Of a stretch of DNA of 64,000 nt, positions 38,412 to 48,741 are shown piece by piece. Every line of letters begins with the position of its first letter. Within the stretch, counting starts at the first letter, position 1. Where the stretch lies: sequence record KJ019143.1; one strand, 5' to 3'. The notes beneath the pieces are model-generated. The model searched no databases. It had not been told where the DNA came from and was given only the letters and a program-made list of their open reading frames with translations. Position numbers and translations under genes: made by a program.

Positions 38412-39183
38412 AGGATATATCCTGATAGGTATTGGTGATAGGTATCTACAGATGACAGAGAACCTCACTAAAACTCTAAAGAAACATGGAGATAATAGAG
38501 GATCCCTAACTATCACAAGATCGGATAATAGGGAACTCTATAGTGAGTGTAACACTGAGTTTGAGAGGAATGGAACTCTACCTAAGATTACCTTAGATAG
38601 ATACTTACCTTTTGATCACAATATATTCCTAGATGCTGATATGTTATGTGTAGGTGATACACAACATGTATGGGATCTATTCAGGAGTAGTGATCAGTTT
38701 GTTCAACAGGTAGGATGTTTGGGAAGAGATCCTAACTTCCACGCTCACCAGTATGAGAGTGAGTTGGGTTTTGAGATTCCTAGAGTCCATGGTGGTTGTA
38801 TCTACATCAATAGAGAGAAACTAGACCCAGGGTTCTTTCCCTATATGAGAGAGTGTTTCCTAAACTATAAACAAATATTTCATAATAGTGGTCTAACCTA
38901 TAAGAATAGTAGACCAGATCAACCACTATACGCTCTAGCAAATGGTATGTGGGGATTCAAACCTGTGGATCTATACACTAACCCTATCATGACTATTGTG
39001 AATGATAGCACCCCACCCCCACTAGATAGTGTGTTCTTCAATAAGAAGAGGGGTCCTAAGTTAGATACTCCTGTTCCCTTTGTTCATGTATTCCGTGGAG
39101 AAGAGGGTATGTCTAGGGGTTATACTAGAGGTGACCAGAAGATGTTGTTGTCCCATTATGATTACTACCTGAACTATGAATAA
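38398..39183 (+). CDS. GT-A fold glycosyltransferase (GT8-like)
   Basis: KITLDRY...IFLDADML...GGCIYI...DQP. Confidence 0.7.
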   Translation: MAGTEGYILIGIGDRYLQMTENLTKTLKKHGDNRGSLTITRSDNRELYSECNTEFERNGTLPKITLDRYLPFDHNIFLDADMLCVGDTQHVWDLFRSSDQFVQQVGCLGRDPNFHAHQYESELGFEIPRVHGGCIYINREKLDPGFFPYMRECFLNYKQIFHNSGLTYKNSRPDQPLYALANGMWGFKPVDLYTNPIMTIVNDSTPPPLDSVFFNKKRGPKLDTPVPFVHVFRGEEGMSRGYTRGDQKMLLSHYDYYLNYE

Positions 39184-39964
39184 AACTATATGGATGTGTT
39201 GGTTCCAGGGTTGGGATAAGGCACCAGAGATTACAGAGAAGTGTTTAGAGTCCTGGAAACACTACAATAGTGATTGGGATATTGTTCTACTAGATGAATC
39301 CAACTACAAGGATTACATCTCCATTGATAAAGAACTACCAGGACTGAAGACAAACTATATCTCACTGGGTGATATCCTCCGTCTCTTTCTACTAAAAGAG
39401 CATGGTGGAGTATGGGCAGATGCAACTATCTTCTGTAACAAACCAGTGGATTGGGTTTTGGATTATGAGGATTCTTTCATCTTCACCAGGAAGGATAAGA
39501 TGATTGCCTCTTGGTTTGTTGCTGCTCAGAAAGATTCCCATGTTGTAGATGTATGGTATAATAAGATGTTAGAGTTCTGGAAGTATCGTATGGAAAATAC
39601 AGATACTTTCGAGCAACAATATGGTTGGATACACGCTTTGTTCCGTCAGTCCTACGCTCAGGATAAGGGGTTCAGGGATATTGTAGATAGTATGGATAAG
39701 ATTGATTGCATGAGTGATGGTCAATCTAGAGGTAAGGGTCCGCACTTCTTTGCACCCTACAGTAAATACTTCTACAACCCTATCAGTGACACGATAAAGA
39801 ATCGTATAGACTCTAAAGTTGATCCACTATATAAGTTGTCTTACAAGGCAAACACAGACTGGAGAAGTCCAGAGAACAGGGGTATCCACCCAGCAGACCA
39901 AAAGATTATGTTGGAATATCCAACTAATAGTGAACTACATTATCTACTCAACACATTAAAATGA
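39176..39964 (+). CDS. capsular polysaccharide synthesis protein (GT32-like DxD)
   Basis: IWMCWFQG, DILRLFLLKEHGGVWADAT. Confidence 0.85.
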   Translation: MNKTIWMCWFQGWDKAPEITEKCLESWKHYNSDWDIVLLDESNYKDYISIDKELPGLKTNYISLGDILRLFLLKEHGGVWADATIFCNKPVDWVLDYEDSFIFTRKDKMIASWFVAAQKDSHVVDVWYNKMLEFWKYRMENTDTFEQQYGWIHALFRQSYAQDKGFRDIVDSMDKIDCMSDGQSRGKGPHFFAPYSKYFYNPISDTIKNRIDSKVDPLYKLSYKANTDWRSPENRGIHPADQKIMLEYPTNSELHYLLNTLK

Positions 39965-40866
39965 CAAATAAATCATTGGTTACCGGTGGCGCGGGTTTCA
40001 TCGGGTCACATATTGTGGACCGACTTATTACACTAGGACATCAAGTCGTAGTGATTGACAATGAATCCTCTGATGGTCATGATGAATACCATTGGAACAG
40101 AAGCGGACAAGTACAAAACCATAAGGCAGACATTCGTGACTACGATGCAATCAAACACTTGTTTGGTGGAGTCAATAATGTTTTTCACCTTGCCGCTAAA
40201 GCATCAGTACAGGCGTCAGTAGATAACCCCCTACCAACTATTGCCACACAGGTAATGGGAACCGCCAATGTATTGGAGGCAGCACGACAATCTGGTGTGA
40301 GTAAGTTTGTATATTCCTCTACTAGTGCTTGTTATGGTAACAACAACCCCATTCCTAATGTAGAAACGATGAGAGAAGATCCTCTCAACGCCTATGCTAT
40401 TGGTAAGTTATCTGGGGAACAACTAGTTCGTGCCTATCACTACCTCTATGGTATGAAGACGGTGGCATTCCGTTATACCAATGTATATGGGGAGAGGGCA
40501 AGACATGTAGGACACTATGCTCCTGCTGTTAGTAAGTTCCTAAAGATGAGAGCACAGGGAGAACCTCTAACTATCTTTGGTGATGGTGCCCAACGCCGAG
40601 ACTTTATTCATGTATCTGATGTAGTCAACGCTAACTGCTGTATTACCTATGAGGAACTAGAGCAGTGGGGTGAGACCTACAACATTGGTTATGGTAAGAA
40701 CTGGAGTATCCAAGAGATTGCAGACTCTATCAGTCAGGAACAGATTCACCTATCTGCTCGTACTGGTGAGATGCGTGAGACGCTTGCTGATATTGGGAAG
40801 GCAAAGGCAGAGTTGATGTGGAAACCAAAGACTGACATCATGGATTGGATTAGGGTACAACTCTGA
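39961..40866 (+). CDS. NAD-dependent nucleotide-sugar epimerase/dehydratase (SDR)
   Basis: VTGGAGFIGSH, FHLAA, YAIGK, RYTNVYG, RRDFIHVSD. Confidence 0.93.
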   Translation: MTNKSLVTGGAGFIGSHIVDRLITLGHQVVVIDNESSDGHDEYHWNRSGQVQNHKADIRDYDAIKHLFGGVNNVFHLAAKASVQASVDNPLPTIATQVMGTANVLEAARQSGVSKFVYSSTSACYGNNNPIPNVETMREDPLNAYAIGKLSGEQLVRAYHYLYGMKTVAFRYTNVYGERARHVGHYAPAVSKFLKMRAQGEPLTIFGDGAQRRDFIHVSDVVNANCCITYEELEQWGETYNIGYGKNWSIQEIADSISQEQIHLSARTGEMRETLADIGKAKAELMWKPKTDIMDWIRVQL

Positions 40867-41483
40867 TGCCAGTATTCCAGAAGGACAACAAGAAAGTTCT
40901 ATTCATCCATGTTCCCAAGACTGCGGGGAGTTCTGTGAATAAACTCTTTGTGAATAATGGATATGAAATGTCCTACTATTCTGAGAGTTCTAAAGATCTA
41001 TACAATGGATTATGTGGACCACAACATCTGGACTCACTTCTATTGGAAGATGAGTTCCAAGATTTCTCTCAGTTTGATTATATCTTCTCTATCTTCAGAG
41101 ACCCAGTAGACAGACATCTATCTGAGTTCACCTGGGCACCCTGGGGACTAATGGGTAGAAACATCTACACACCAGAAAGATTTGATGAGTGGTGTCCTAA
41201 GATATTCAGGGCGTATCAGGACTCACCATATAGGATGGATAACCACATTAGACCTCAACATGAGTTCTATGTGGATGGATGTGATGTGTATGACTATGAG
41301 AATATCGATACACTCACAGAGAAACTATGTGATAAAATAGGTCTAGATAATAAAGAGATGCCATATGAAAGGTCTTCACGATATGATAGTGAGGATTATG
41401 TCATCTATGAAGATACTTACGATTGTATCACTGAATTTTACAAAGGAGACTATCAATGGCAAAAGGATTCAGTCCTGTTGTGA
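40866..41483 (+). CDS. sulfotransferase family 2 protein
   Basis: FIHVPKTAGSS; RDPVDRHLSEF; HIRPQ. Confidence 0.85.
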   Translation: MPVFQKDNKKVLFIHVPKTAGSSVNKLFVNNGYEMSYYSESSKDLYNGLCGPQHLDSLLLEDEFQDFSQFDYIFSIFRDPVDRHLSEFTWAPWGLMGRNIYTPERFDEWCPKIFRAYQDSPYRMDNHIRPQHEFYVDGCDVYDYENIDTLTEKLCDKIGLDNKEMPYERSSRYDSEDYVIYEDTYDCITEFYKGDYQWQKDSVLL

Positions 41484-42334
41484 CTAAGGATAAGAACAAG
41501 TCCCAGTTCAAACTACAGGGTGTTCCTAGGATTTACTACATCAGTTTAGATGATCATGCTCATCGTCAAGACTATATGGAGTCCCAGTTTGAAGACTGGG
41601 GCATCACTAACTTTGAAAGAATCTCTGCTCATGATGGTAGAGGTGATAATGATCTGAGTGATATTCTCAAAGGATCTTATCCAAAGATGATGAGTTCTGG
41701 TGAGGTTGGTTGTGTGACCTCTCACCTAAAGGCACTCAAACACTGGTTAGATACTACAGAGGGTGAAGAGTTTCTCCTTATGATGGAGGATGATTGTGAT
41801 ATCTCCACTGCTTCCCACTGGGGGTTCTCCTGGAGAGAGTTTGTTGGGAATATTCCATCCCATGTAGATTGTGTTCAGTTAGCAGTTATCAACCCGGCAG
41901 AACTACATATCAAACTCCATATCAGGTTTGTGAATGATTTCTCCACTGCCTCATACCTAATCCGTAGATCACACGCAGAGAAGTTAGTTAGACTCTATTG
42001 TAGGGGTGATAAGTATAAACTTGATAGTGATATCAAACCCAGAGCAGTTGCTGATGATCTTATCTACAACTCTGGTGTGACTCTTGCTATGCCTCTATTT
42101 GCCTTCAAGATTGCACTAGGTTCCAGTATCCATGATGTCCATATCAATACCTTCCACAAGAGTAGTCATGATGGTATCTGGGAGTTTTGGAAGAAAACAG
42201 CACCAACTATTGAGAACTGGAAACCATTCTTCAACTATGATGCCTATCTGGGAACCCTACCACCCAATGTTGTGGTTCAACAATGGCAGCAAAAACAGGA
42301 ATCCAAAGCAAAAGATTCAGGGGCTTCGCAATAG
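41456..42334 (+). CDS. GT25 family glycosyltransferase
   Basis: YYISLD..R, ERISAHDG, GEVGCVTSH, MEDD. Confidence 0.9.
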   Translation: MAKGFSPVVTKDKNKSQFKLQGVPRIYYISLDDHAHRQDYMESQFEDWGITNFERISAHDGRGDNDLSDILKGSYPKMMSSGEVGCVTSHLKALKHWLDTTEGEEFLLMMEDDCDISTASHWGFSWREFVGNIPSHVDCVQLAVINPAELHIKLHIRFVNDFSTASYLIRRSHAEKLVRLYCRGDKYKLDSDIKPRAVADDLIYNSGVTLAMPLFAFKIALGSSIHDVHINTFHKSSHDGIWEFWKKTAPTIENWKPFFNYDAYLGTLPPNVVVQQWQQKQESKAKDSGASQ

Positions 42335-42378
42335 AACATATATATGTTATAATATTTACATTCACCCATGAGGTTATT

Positions 42379-42498
42379 ATGAAATTTGGTTTTACCCCCG
42401 AAGCAGAAATCCTAAACGCTCGTTTGGCAATGTTGGGATTCGTTATCGCCGTAGGCACTTACTTGACCACAGGTCAGATTATTCCAGGAGTTCTTTGA
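42379..42498 (+). CDS. hli: high-light inducible protein
   Basis: [13 protein letters not shown] chlorophyll-binding motif; start at ATG 42379 after GAGG. Confidence 0.92.
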   Translation: MKFGFTPEAEILNARLAMLGFVIAVGTYLTTGQIIPGVL

Positions 42499-42791
42499 TG
42501 GCGTTTTCTGTAACACTTAGATCACCTACTGGTGAAGATAAAGTTGTAACAGTGGAGGGAGATCAATACATCCTAGATGCCGCAGAGGAAGCGGGTGTAG
42601 ATCTCCCATATTCATGTAGAGCTGGTGCTTGTTCATCCTGTGCAGGTAAGATTGTATCTGGAAAGGTGAATCAAGAAGACCAGTCATTCTTAGATGATGA
42701 TCAGATCGAAGCAGGTTTCGCACTCTTATGTGTAGCTTATGCCGAATCTGATTGTGTGATTGAGACGGAAAAAGAGGAAACCCTTTACTGA
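42495..42791 (+). CDS. petF: plant-type [2Fe-2S] ferredoxin
   Basis: [13 protein letters not shown]...LLCVAY. Confidence 0.97.
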   Translation: MMAFSVTLRSPTGEDKVVTVEGDQYILDAAEEAGVDLPYSCRAGACSSCAGKIVSGKVNQEDQSFLDDDQIEAGFALLCVAYAESDCVIETEKEETLY

Positions 42792-42796
42792 GACTG

Positions 42797-42946
42797 ATGT
42801 CTAATCCAAACGCTCTATATGAAGATATGGAGAAACTGAATGCCCTCTACGAAGAACTTTGTTGGGGGCATAACGATGAACTACAATTTTCCCATGACGG
42901 GGAGAGCATTATTATTACCAATAAAACCCAGGAGAAACAAAAATGA
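42797..42946 (+). CDS. small conserved hypothetical protein (49 aa)
   Basis: Hand-translated MSNPNALYEDMEKLNALYEELCW. Confidence 0.65.
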   Translation: MSNPNALYEDMEKLNALYEELCWGHNDELQFSHDGESIIITNKTQEKQK

Positions 42947-43152
42947 CAGTAACAACTGAAGATGGTGGACGTACAAACATGTATGCTACTGAACCCACTA
43001 TGTTTATTGATCCTTCTTACACTGAGAAGTATGGTTTAGAAACACACGCGGAACGAGCTGAAACAGCAAACGGGCGTTGGGCAATGATTGGATTTGTTTC
43101 TGGTATTGTATCCTATGTTATTACTGGTAACTTCTTCTTTGGTGTTATCTAA
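42943..43152 (+). CDS. hli: high-light inducible protein
   Basis: AERAETANGRWAMIGF. Confidence 0.92.
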   Translation: MTVTTEDGGRTNMYATEPTMFIDPSYTEKYGLETHAERAETANGRWAMIGFVSGIVSYVITGNFFFGVI

Positions 43153-43158
43153 TATTAG

Positions 43159-43186
43159 AAGGAGGGTTTGATACCCTCCTTTTTTT
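43159..43186 (+). terminator. intrinsic terminator
   Basis: GGAGGGT-ttgat-ACCCTCC-T7. Confidence 0.85.
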
Positions 43187-43193
43187 GTGCTCC

Positions 43194-43201
43194 TATAAAT
43201 A
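43194..43201 (+). promoter_or_regulatory. T4-type late promoter
   Basis: TATAAATA. Confidence 0.8.
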
Positions 43202-43233
43202 CCTTTTAGGCACCCACACACCTTCGTATCAAA

Positions 43234-45549
43234 ATGGCATTTAAGATTAATGGCGTAGTACGCATTGATAATAGTGGCAACGGTTTTCTGGGAATTGTAA
43301 CCGCTACCGACGCTAATATCACAGGAGTTCTCACTGCCACTGAGGTGGATGCGAAAGTATCATCTAAGGCAATAACTGAACAAACAGATGGAACCGTAGA
43401 TGATGTAACTGGTGCAGATGAACTATTACTATTAGATGCCGAGACTGGTGGATTACTAAGAGTATCAATAGATGAGTTCGTGCAGGGTTCAGGCATTGGA
43501 ACTCTAGTAACGGACTTTGATAACTTAACTGTTACTGGTATCACAACCGTTGCCACCCTCAAAGGTATTGGATCTAATAACATCAGTGTAGGGAGCACAC
43601 TTTCCTTTGCTGATGGTACAGAGATCATCATGGGTGACTCTGGTGACTTCAGTATTCATCATGATGGTGACCATACTTACCTAGATGAGACGGGGCAGGG
43701 TAATCTAAAACTCCGTACAAATAACTTTAGAGTAACAAATATAGCAGAAACAAAACCAGCTATTACAGCACAGGTTACTTCTGGTGTTGAGTTGTATTTT
43801 GATGGTAATAAGAAGATAGAAACTACAAATACTGGTGTTCTTGTGAGTGGTATGCTCACTGCTGATAGATTAAGATCAGGTGATATTGCTGCTAGAAATG
43901 TAATCACACTGGGTATTACCACTATCCAAGATCATTTGGAAGTGAATGATAGTACTGGTTCTGGTACGGAATATAATCTTAATGTTAAGACTAATGGTAG
44001 TTCTACCTTTGGTGTCTTAGGTAATGGAAATATTCTACTTGGAAACAGTTCCGGTGCTCCATTCATGGCGACGAATGATCACCACGCAACTTCCAAGAAA
44101 TATGTAGATGACGCCATCGCTGATGATCCTAGCGGTGCTGCGGCTTGGGGTACTGTTGCCTCAAACAACAGTGGTGGTGCTAGTAGTATTACTTTACTGG
44201 GTGGGATGAATGTAGCAAGTGTCACAGCTGGCACATCAAATGCAAAAGGAAATTTCGTGGTTACATTTGCCACTCCAATGCCTGATGCAAACTATTCAGT
44301 AACCGCTAGTTATAATAACGCTAATGTTAACACATATGGGGATATTAGTGTAGGTTCTAAAACAGCAAGTAGTTTTGAGGTTCAAACTTTTGAATCATCA
44401 AATCTGCCTGACTGGCAGGGGTTTGGATTTGTCGTCTTCGCAACCAATGCCCTCCCACCAACAGGCGGCACCGGCACAGATAGCTGGGCAGCTGTAGATC
44501 AAACTATTGTTAATGGTGCTTGTAATGTACCGGCAAGTTTTAACGTTGCTTCAGTAACTAGAACTGGACTGGGCCTATATGACGTGGTGTTTACAACGCC
44601 GATGCCTACTGATAAATACAGCGTTGTGGGTAGCATTACCCGAGACACATTTTCTAATTTCTGTACTTCTAATAGGTCGGCTACTGGCTTTACAGTAAAG
44701 AACACCTATCAGAATCGCGATAACGGTGCTACTCAGTATGCAGACAACCCCTTCTCCTTCACCGTCAACGCCACCAACGCAACGCTACCTGAAACTATTA
44801 CAACGGATCAGTTTACCTCTGCGTTTAATGCTCCTACCTTCAAAAACATTCTCATCAATGGAAATCTGACAATTAATCAACGTAATGTTAATATTACATC
44901 TGTTTCTGCCGGTGAATATGGTGAAGATCGTTGGAAAAAGACATTAGGTGGGATGACGCAGATTGTTGAAGATGGTAATTATCTACCAAGTTCTTCTTAC
45001 ACTTTATCTGGAACAGGTATTACTACAACTACAGCAAACTCACCTGCTTCTGGTGACTGGGACATCTCAACAACCTTTGGTGATATTCCTATTACTGCTC
45101 GTTCTATCCAACTTGAATATGGCAACGTAGCCTCAGCGTTTGACTTGAGACCGGTTGGGGTGGAGCTGAGTTTGTGTCATCGTTATTTTTATAGAATAAT
45201 AAGGTCCGTCAACAGCACTCCTTTTACTATTAAATCTAACAGTAACTCAAACGACATTCCCGCTGTAGGCTCGATCGAGTGTTCTTACAGTGTAGTTTTT
45301 CCAGCCACAATGAGAACCCAACCTACTGGCTCAAATTACAGTAACAACGGAGCAAATAACTATTTGGCAATTCCAGGATATAGGGCTATTACTAACTCTT
45401 TTCTGGCAAGCGATGTAAGTTTTTCATACGCATCCTCTGAAGACGCAGTAATTTTAGTGGATACGACCTTAGGGAGCATCGGAGTAGTTCAAGGAGCTGC
45501 GTTCCCGCTAGAGGCGGCTTTTAGTTATGACATCGACGCCGAACTTTAA
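43234..45549 (+). CDS. tail fibre-like structural protein
   Basis: 771 aa G/T/S/N-rich; HATSKKYVD; duplicated NVASVT...F.TPMP...YSV module; NILINGNLTINQR; late promoter. Confidence 0.85.
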   Translation: MAFKINGVVRIDNSGNGFLGIVTATDANITGVLTATEVDAKVSSKAITEQTDGTVDDVTGADELLLLDAETGGLLRVSIDEFVQGSGIGTLVTDFDNLTVTGITTVATLKGIGSNNISVGSTLSFADGTEIIMGDSGDFSIHHDGDHTYLDETGQGNLKLRTNNFRVTNIAETKPAITAQVTSGVELYFDGNKKIETTNTGVLVSGMLTADRLRSGDIAARNVITLGITTIQDHLEVNDSTGSGTEYNLNVKTNGSSTFGVLGNGNILLGNSSGAPFMATNDHHATSKKYVDDAIADDPSGAAAWGTVASNNSGGASSITLLGGMNVASVTAGTSNAKGNFVVTFATPMPDANYSVTASYNNANVNTYGDISVGSKTASSFEVQTFESSNLPDWQGFGFVVFATNALPPTGGTGTDSWAAVDQTIVNGACNVPASFNVASVTRTGLGLYDVVFTTPMPTDKYSVVGSITRDTFSNFCTSNRSATGFTVKNTYQNRDNGATQYADNPFSFTVNATNATLPETITTDQFTSAFNAPTFKNILINGNLTINQRNVNITSVSAGEYGEDRWKKTLGGMTQIVEDGNYLPSSSYTLSGTGITTTTANSPASGDWDISTTFGDIPITARSIQLEYGNVASAFDLRPVGVELSLCHRYFYRIIRSVNSTPFTIKSNSNSNDIPAVGSIECSYSVVFPATMRTQPTGSNYSNNGANNYLAIPGYRAITNSFLASDVSFSYASSEDAVILVDTTLGSIGVVQGAAFPLEAAFSYDIDAEL

Positions 45550-45591
45550 ACTCCTTAATTCCTTACAATAGAACTATCACACTTTAAAACT

Positions 45592-45834
45592 ATGGCTTAT
45601 ACTTACGCATTTACTGATGCTGATAACAACAGCATCAAACGCACTGATGAAGACGGTAACGTTGCATTCGTTCCAGTCGCAGAAGGCAATCGTGACTACG
45701 CAGAATATCTATCCTCTGGTATCACTGCCGATGCATACGTAGCACCACCGGAACCAGAACCCCTTACTCCAGAAGAGAAACTAGCCAACTCTGGACTGAC
45801 AGTTGATGAGCTAAAGAGTTTGTTAGATCTATAG
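45592..45834 (+). CDS. probable tail fibre assembly chaperone
   Basis: Follows fibre gene; FVPVAEGNRDYAEYL...TPEEKLANSGLTVDELKSLL. Confidence 0.65.
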   Translation: MAYTYAFTDADNNSIKRTDEDGNVAFVPVAEGNRDYAEYLSSGITADAYVAPPEPEPLTPEEKLANSGLTVDELKSLLDL

Positions 45835-45849
45835 GTGTGACAGCCAGCA

Positions 45850-45893
45850 AACTGGCACAGGGGGTTGGCACCCTGGGGAATGTGTGTTATAAT
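45850..45893 (+). promoter_or_regulatory. early promoter with upstream motif (psbA)
   Basis: AACTGGCACA-N5-TTGGCA-N17-TATAAT. Confidence 0.85.
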
Positions 45894-45934
45894 AAACACA
45901 TAAATAAGATATGTAAAGTTCTTATTACAACACT

Positions 45935-46051
45935 TCCATCTAACCGAGACCTACGGGGAAGTAAAATACGTCTCTAATACCTACACCGGAGGGTGGTGTA
46001 GGAATAATACTATCGTCAGCTCCCCCTGGCACTACTTACCCTTTTTACACA
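45935..46051 (+). ncRNA. psbA 5' leader structure, PhotoRC-II-like
   Basis: GAGAC/GTCTC stem, CCTACACC/GGTGTAGG stem with GGAGGGT loop, directly upstream of psbA. Confidence 0.7.
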
Positions 46052-47131
46052 ATGGCTTCAACACTTACACGCCGTCAAGGCGCATCTATCTGGGATCAGT
46101 TTTGTTCCTGGGTCACATCAACCAACAATCGTCTTTACGTCGGTTGGTTCGGTGTTCTAATGATTCCTACATTGTTAGCCGCAACTGTATGTTTCATTAT
46201 CGCTTTCGTGGGTGCTCCCCCAGTGGACATCGACGGAATCCGTGAACCAGTAGCTGGTTCACTCATGTATGGAAACAACATCATCTCTGGTGCAGTTGTT
46301 CCTAGTTCAAACGCAATCGGTTTACACTTCTACCCCATCTGGGAAGCTGCATCACTTGATGAATGGCTTTACAATGGTGGTCCTTTCCAACTAGTTGTCT
46401 TCCACTTCCTTATCGGTATCTACGCCTATATGGGACGTGAATGGGAACTCTCTTATCGTTTAGGTATGAGACCTTGGATCTGTGTAGCATACTCTGCACC
46501 AGTTGCAGCAGCTTCAGCAGTATTCCTAGTCTATCCTTTCGGTCAAGGTTCATTCTCAGACGCGATGCCCTTGGGTATCTCTGGAACATTCAACTACATG
46601 TTGGTCTTCCAAGCAGAACATAACATCTTGATGCACCCCTTCCACATGTTGGGAGTCGCAGGTGTCTTCGGTGGTTCATTGTTCTCAGCGATGCATGGTT
46701 CACTTGTTACCTCTTCACTTGTCCGTGAGACAACTGAAACTGAGTCACAGAACTATGGTTACAAGTTCGGTCAAGAAGAAGAGACCTATAACATCGTGGC
46801 AGCCCATGGCTACTTCGGTCGTTTGATCTTCCAATACGCTTCATTCAACAACTCACGCTCACTCCACTTCTTCTTAGCCGCATGGCCAGTTGTGGGTATC
46901 TGGTTCACCGCACTTGGTGTTTCCACAATGGCATTCAACCTCAATGGTTTCAACTTCAACCAGTCTGTTATCGACGGACAAGGTAGAGTATTGAACACCT
47001 GGGCGGATGTTCTTAACAGAGCTGGTCTTGGGATGGAAGTAATGCATGAGAGAAATGCACACAACTTCCCACTAGATTTGGCAGCAGCTGAGTCCACACC
47101 AGTGGCTCTAATTGCACCATCTGTTGGTTGA
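46052..47131 (+). CDS. psbA: photosystem II D1 protein
   Basis: [18 protein letters not shown] (Glu130 form), [13 protein letters not shown]; uninterrupted. Confidence 0.99.
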   Translation: MASTLTRRQGASIWDQFCSWVTSTNNRLYVGWFGVLMIPTLLAATVCFIIAFVGAPPVDIDGIREPVAGSLMYGNNIISGAVVPSSNAIGLHFYPIWEAASLDEWLYNGGPFQLVVFHFLIGIYAYMGREWELSYRLGMRPWICVAYSAPVAAASAVFLVYPFGQGSFSDAMPLGISGTFNYMLVFQAEHNILMHPFHMLGVAGVFGGSLFSAMHGSLVTSSLVRETTETESQNYGYKFGQEEETYNIVAAHGYFGRLIFQYASFNNSRSLHFFLAAWPVVGIWFTALGVSTMAFNLNGFNFNQSVIDGQGRVLNTWADVLNRAGLGMEVMHERNAHNFPLDLAAAESTPVALIAPSVG

Positions 47132-47152
47132 TCACTCAACCTGTGGTATGAT

Positions 47153-47185
47153 AAAGGGGGACTTCGGTCCCCTTTCTTTTTCTTT
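47153..47185 (+). terminator. intrinsic terminator with C(UUCG)G loop
   Basis: GGGGAC-TTCG-GTCCCC then T-rich run. Confidence 0.9.
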
Positions 47186-47201
47186 TGTAATGTAAAGTTT
47201 T

Positions 47202-47432
47202 ATGTCTCACGATCTAATCGAATTGCTCACTTACTATGTGATCGGTGGTGCCCTTATCATAGGACCACCCGCTATCTTTCTCATCATTGCTATGATGGCA
47301 GCACTCCAAAATACGAAAGGTCGCATGGTTGGATACAAAGATCACAAAACTTATGGTGATTCATCCATCTACGATCCGGCACCAAAATTGCCAGTAGATC
47401 AAACAAAATTCTTCTTGGAACTTAACAACTGA
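47202..47432 (+). CDS. small membrane protein between psbA and psbD
   Basis: YYVIGGALIIGPPAIFLIIAMM transmembrane segment. Confidence 0.75.
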   Translation: MSHDLIELLTYYVIGGALIIGPPAIFLIIAMMAALQNTKGRMVGYKDHKTYGDSSIYDPAPKLPVDQTKFFLELNN

Positions 47433-47443
47433 GGTAAACAAAA

Positions 47444-48499
47444 ATGACGACAAGTACACTTACAACACCACAAAGGGGGTGGTTTGATCTACTGGACGAT
47501 TGGATCAAGAGAGATAGATTTATCTTTATTGGTTGGTCTGGACTTCTCCTTCTCCCCTGTGCATATCTCTCTATTGGTGGATGGCTCACTGGAACGACAT
47601 TCGTAACTTCATGGTATACGCATGGACTCGCCTCCTCTTATTTGGAAGGTGCAAACTTCTTGACGGCGGCTGTCTCGACTCCTGCTGATGCTATGGGTCA
47701 TTCTCTCCTTCTACTTTGGGGTCCTGAATCTCAGGGCGACTTCCAGCGGTGGCTCCAACTTGGAGGGCTTTGGTCATTTGTTGCTCTCCATGGTGCCTTC
47801 GCTCTAATTGGATTCATGCTTCGTCAGTTTGAACTGGCAAGACTCATTGGTATCCGTCCCTACAACGCTATTGCATTCAGTGGTCCTATCGCTGTATTTG
47901 TCAGTGTGTTTCTTCTATACCCACTAGGTCAATCTTCCTGGTTCTTTGCCCCCTCCTTTGGTGTGGCAGCAATCTTTAGATTCCTATTGTTTCTTCAGGG
48001 TTTCCACAACTGGACACTGAACCCCTTCCATATGATGGGAGTTGCTGGTATACTAGGTGGAGCACTACTATCTGCAATCCATGGCGTTACTGTTGAAAAT
48101 ACCCTATATGAAGATGGAGAACAGAACAACACCTTCACTGCGTTCGATTCCACGCAGGAGGAAGAGACCTATTCGATGGTTACTGCGAACCGCTTCTGGT
48201 CGCAAATCTTCGGGGTTGCGTTTAGTAATAAGCGTTGGCTTCACTTCTTTATGTTGTTTGTTCCTGTCATGGGTCTTTGGGTCTCAAGTATTGGGATCAT
48301 TGGGCTTGCTCTTAATCTTCGTGCTTATGATTTTGTGAGCCAAGAGATTAGAGCAGCAGAAGATCCTGAGTTTGAAACTTTCTACACAAAGAACATCCTT
48401 CTTAACGAAGGACTAAGAGCATGGATGGCACCTGTGGATCAACCACATGAGTCATTTGTATTCCCAGAAGAAGTTCTACCTAGAGGTAACGCATTGTGA
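47444..48499 (+). CDS. psbD: photosystem II D2 protein
   Basis: [31 protein letters not shown]; uninterrupted. Confidence 0.99.
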   Translation: MTTSTLTTPQRGWFDLLDDWIKRDRFIFIGWSGLLLLPCAYLSIGGWLTGTTFVTSWYTHGLASSYLEGANFLTAAVSTPADAMGHSLLLLWGPESQGDFQRWLQLGGLWSFVALHGAFALIGFMLRQFELARLIGIRPYNAIAFSGPIAVFVSVFLLYPLGQSSWFFAPSFGVAAIFRFLLFLQGFHNWTLNPFHMMGVAGILGGALLSAIHGVTVENTLYEDGEQNNTFTAFDSTQEEETYSMVTANRFWSQIFGVAFSNKRWLHFFMLFVPVMGLWVSSIGIIGLALNLRAYDFVSQEIRAAEDPEFETFYTKNILLNEGLRAWMAPVDQPHESFVFPEEVLPRGNAL

Positions 48500-48741
48500 T
48501 TAACGCACTCTTCACTTTTATATTTGCTGCGGTGATGTGGGTGCAAGTCCCACAGTGGCAGGATGATTGGTCTAAGTGCGCAGTAGATGTACCTGATGTT
48601 CAATGTCATTGGTATATCACAGCACCCGATAGCACCATGGGTGAAGGATTTAGTTGGGCGAATGCCCCTTGGTTCAGTGCTGAAGGTCTCCTTGATATTG
48701 GAGAACTTCACAACACAGTTCAATCACTTCAGGAGGCATGA
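48496..48741 (+). CDS. conserved cyanophage hypothetical protein
   Basis: [23 protein letters not shown]. Confidence 0.7.
   Translation: MINALFTFIFAAVMWVQVPQWQDDWSKCAVDVPDVQCHWYITAPDSTMGEGFSWANAPWFSAEGLLDIGELHNTVQSLQEA

Noticed and set aside
45912-45929. NtcA site upstream of psbA (TGTAA-N8-TTACA)
   Set aside because: Spacing is GTA-N10-TAC, not the NtcA GTA-N8-TAC.
46052-48499. Group I intron or homing endonuclease associated with psbA/psbD; antisense ORFs at 46810 and 46874
   Set aside because: Both genes are uninterrupted; the gene between them is a small membrane protein; antisense ORFs are expected from codon bias.
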